This document shows, piece after piece, positions 60,274 to 64,000 of a stretch of 64,000 nucleotides of DNA (position 1 is its first letter; each line of letters opens with the position of its first letter). The notes under the pieces are model-generated. The model made no database searches and was not told the origin of the DNA. It worked only from the letters and a program-made list of their open reading frames with translations. Both the position numbers and the translations under genes were made by a program. The stretch comes from an uncultured Gemmatimonadales bacterium (GTDB lineage Bacteria; Gemmatimonadota; Gemmatimonadetes; Gemmatimonadales; GWC2-71-9). The stretch spans positions 832,001 through 896,000 of the forward strand of contig CAVOGR010000001.1 in NCBI GenBank assembly GCA_963695555.1, given 5' to 3'.

Positions 60274-60307
60274 AAAGTAAATATTTACTTTGCTCGCATA
60301 ATGTCAA
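60274..60307 (-). promoter_or_regulatory. TetR operator palindrome AAAGTAAAT|ATTTACTTT (60274-60291) overlapping a sigma70 promoter (TTGACA at 60307-60302)
   Basis: Perfect 18-bp AT-rich palindrome 25 bp upstream of tetR, at the -10 position relative to TTGACA. Confidence 0.8.
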
Positions 60308-60577
60308 GTGGAGCGCGGCATTGCCGCAACGCCCGTTGCGGCGCCGAGTCCACCTGACAGATCGATTTTCGGGAGTACTCCGCAGGGCAGGTGGCGGGGA
60401 GGTGGGGTCCCGAGCCGGAGCCGGGACCCCTGAGACGAGGAACCGTCGCCCCCCCGCCGACAACGATTAACTTTGGGTGCCGCCCGCCCGGGAACTGCGA
60501 GGAGCGTGCCAACGACGCGCCCCGAATCCGACACTCTTGTGCGGCCATGTCATCCCGTTCAATGAGGACAGCAGACG

Positions 60578-63350
<2,773 letters not shown>

Positions 63351-63355
63351 GACGG

Positions 63356-63802
63356 CTACTCGTGGTCACTCGGCTTGCGGCGCTCTGCCTTCAGTTTGGC
63401 GCGGCGCCGTTTGTCTTCCAGCCGGGCCCGCTTGGCGCGTTTCGGCACGCGGGTCTTCTTCCGGGTCTTGGGAGGGCGGACGGCGTCCGCCAGCAGGTGC
63501 TGAAACCGCTCGGTGACCCGCTCCTTGTTCTGCTTTTGACTCCGGCTCGATGCCGCGGTCAGCCGGATCCGGCCCGTGGTGTCCAGGCGTGAGCCGAGGC
63601 GCTCAAGCACGCGGGCTCGCTCGGTCTCGGTCAGGGTGGGAGATGCGGCCGCGTTCCACCAGAGCTCGACCTTGGTCGCCGAGCGATTGACATGCTGGCC
63701 GCCTGGCCCGCCCGCTCGGGTGGCACGATAGGTCAGCTCCGACAGGGGAAGGCACAGGGTCGGGGTGATCGGGAGGCAGTCAGGAGTTGACGACCGCGGC
63801 AT
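63356..63802 (-). CDS. arfB: alternative ribosome rescue peptidyl-tRNA hydrolase ArfB
   Basis: GGPGGQHVN, RSQKQN, basic C-terminal tail. Confidence 0.93.
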   Translation of the reverse strand: MPRSSTPDCLPITPTLCLPLSELTYRATRAGGPGGQHVNRSATKVELWWNAAASPTLTETERARVLERLGSRLDTTGRIRLTAASSRSQKQNKERVTERFQHLLADAVRPPKTRKKTRVPKRAKRARLEDKRRRAKLKAERRKPSDHE

Positions 63803-63903
63803 GGCATTGAAGGTAGGGCAGGGCGTTGCCCGCCGATACCCTCTACCCGCACCGATCGGGCACGCAGGAACCTTCCCTTGTTCTCGCCGCCCATTACGTT
63901 TCC

Positions 63904-64000
63904 ATGATGCATGACATCTCGCCGCTCGCGCGCCGGCTCGATTCGTTGGGCCGAGTGTTGCTTGGCTATTCAGGAGGCGTGGATTCCGCCTTCCTCGCCG
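63904..64000 (+). CDS. larE: LarE-like ATP-dependent sulfur transferase, PP-loop family (5' fragment)
   Basis: Hand translation MMHDISPLARRLDSLGRVLLGYSGGVDSAFLA; runs off the window. Confidence 0.7.
   Translation, partial: MMHDISPLARRLDSLGRVLLGYSGGVDSAFLA

Noticed and set aside
60404..60430. 9-bp GC hairpin GGGGTCCCG/CGGGACCCC in the tetR-M16 divergent region
   Set aside because: A real inverted repeat, but no U-tract or recognisable riboswitch core, so no function can be assigned

Overview
GC-rich bacterial chromosome window. The gene content and protein style (Hanks-type kinases, tandem MacB permeases, dnaX-ybaB-recR-mglBA, bshB1) suggest Gemmatimonadota, but this is inference. Most of the window is core or housekeeping: pgi, class II aldolase, ffs (SRP RNA)-dnaX-ybaB-recR-mglB-mglA-pgsA-cinA, grpE-dnaJ, ppk1, mnmA, a cysteine desulfurase, bshB1, two tripartite ABC/TolC exporters, a large membrane sensor kinase, cobB, comM, an M16 peptidase, arfB and the start of larE. 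Several genes carry single-base indels, most likely long-read errors. The most notable hidden feature is at about 3.9-9.7 kb, where the ORF track shows only fragments. Joining frames reveals a minus-strand five-gene locus (pilin-like, pilin-like, PapD-like chaperone, pilin-like, large usher-like outer-membrane protein). It sits behind a sigma54 promoter with IHF-like and enhancer-like sites, and an intact divergent 'mini-pilin' gene lies on the other strand. Other points of interest: a Ser/Thr kinase-Ig-NTF2 / beta-barrel / globin operon, an SRP RNA with a non-GNRA apical loop, an MglA with a ~33-aa insertion plus a coupled small membrane protein, further sigma54 sites, and a strong Gln(+1) bias in secreted proteins. 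No CRISPR array, tRNA, rRNA, integrase or transposase was seen.
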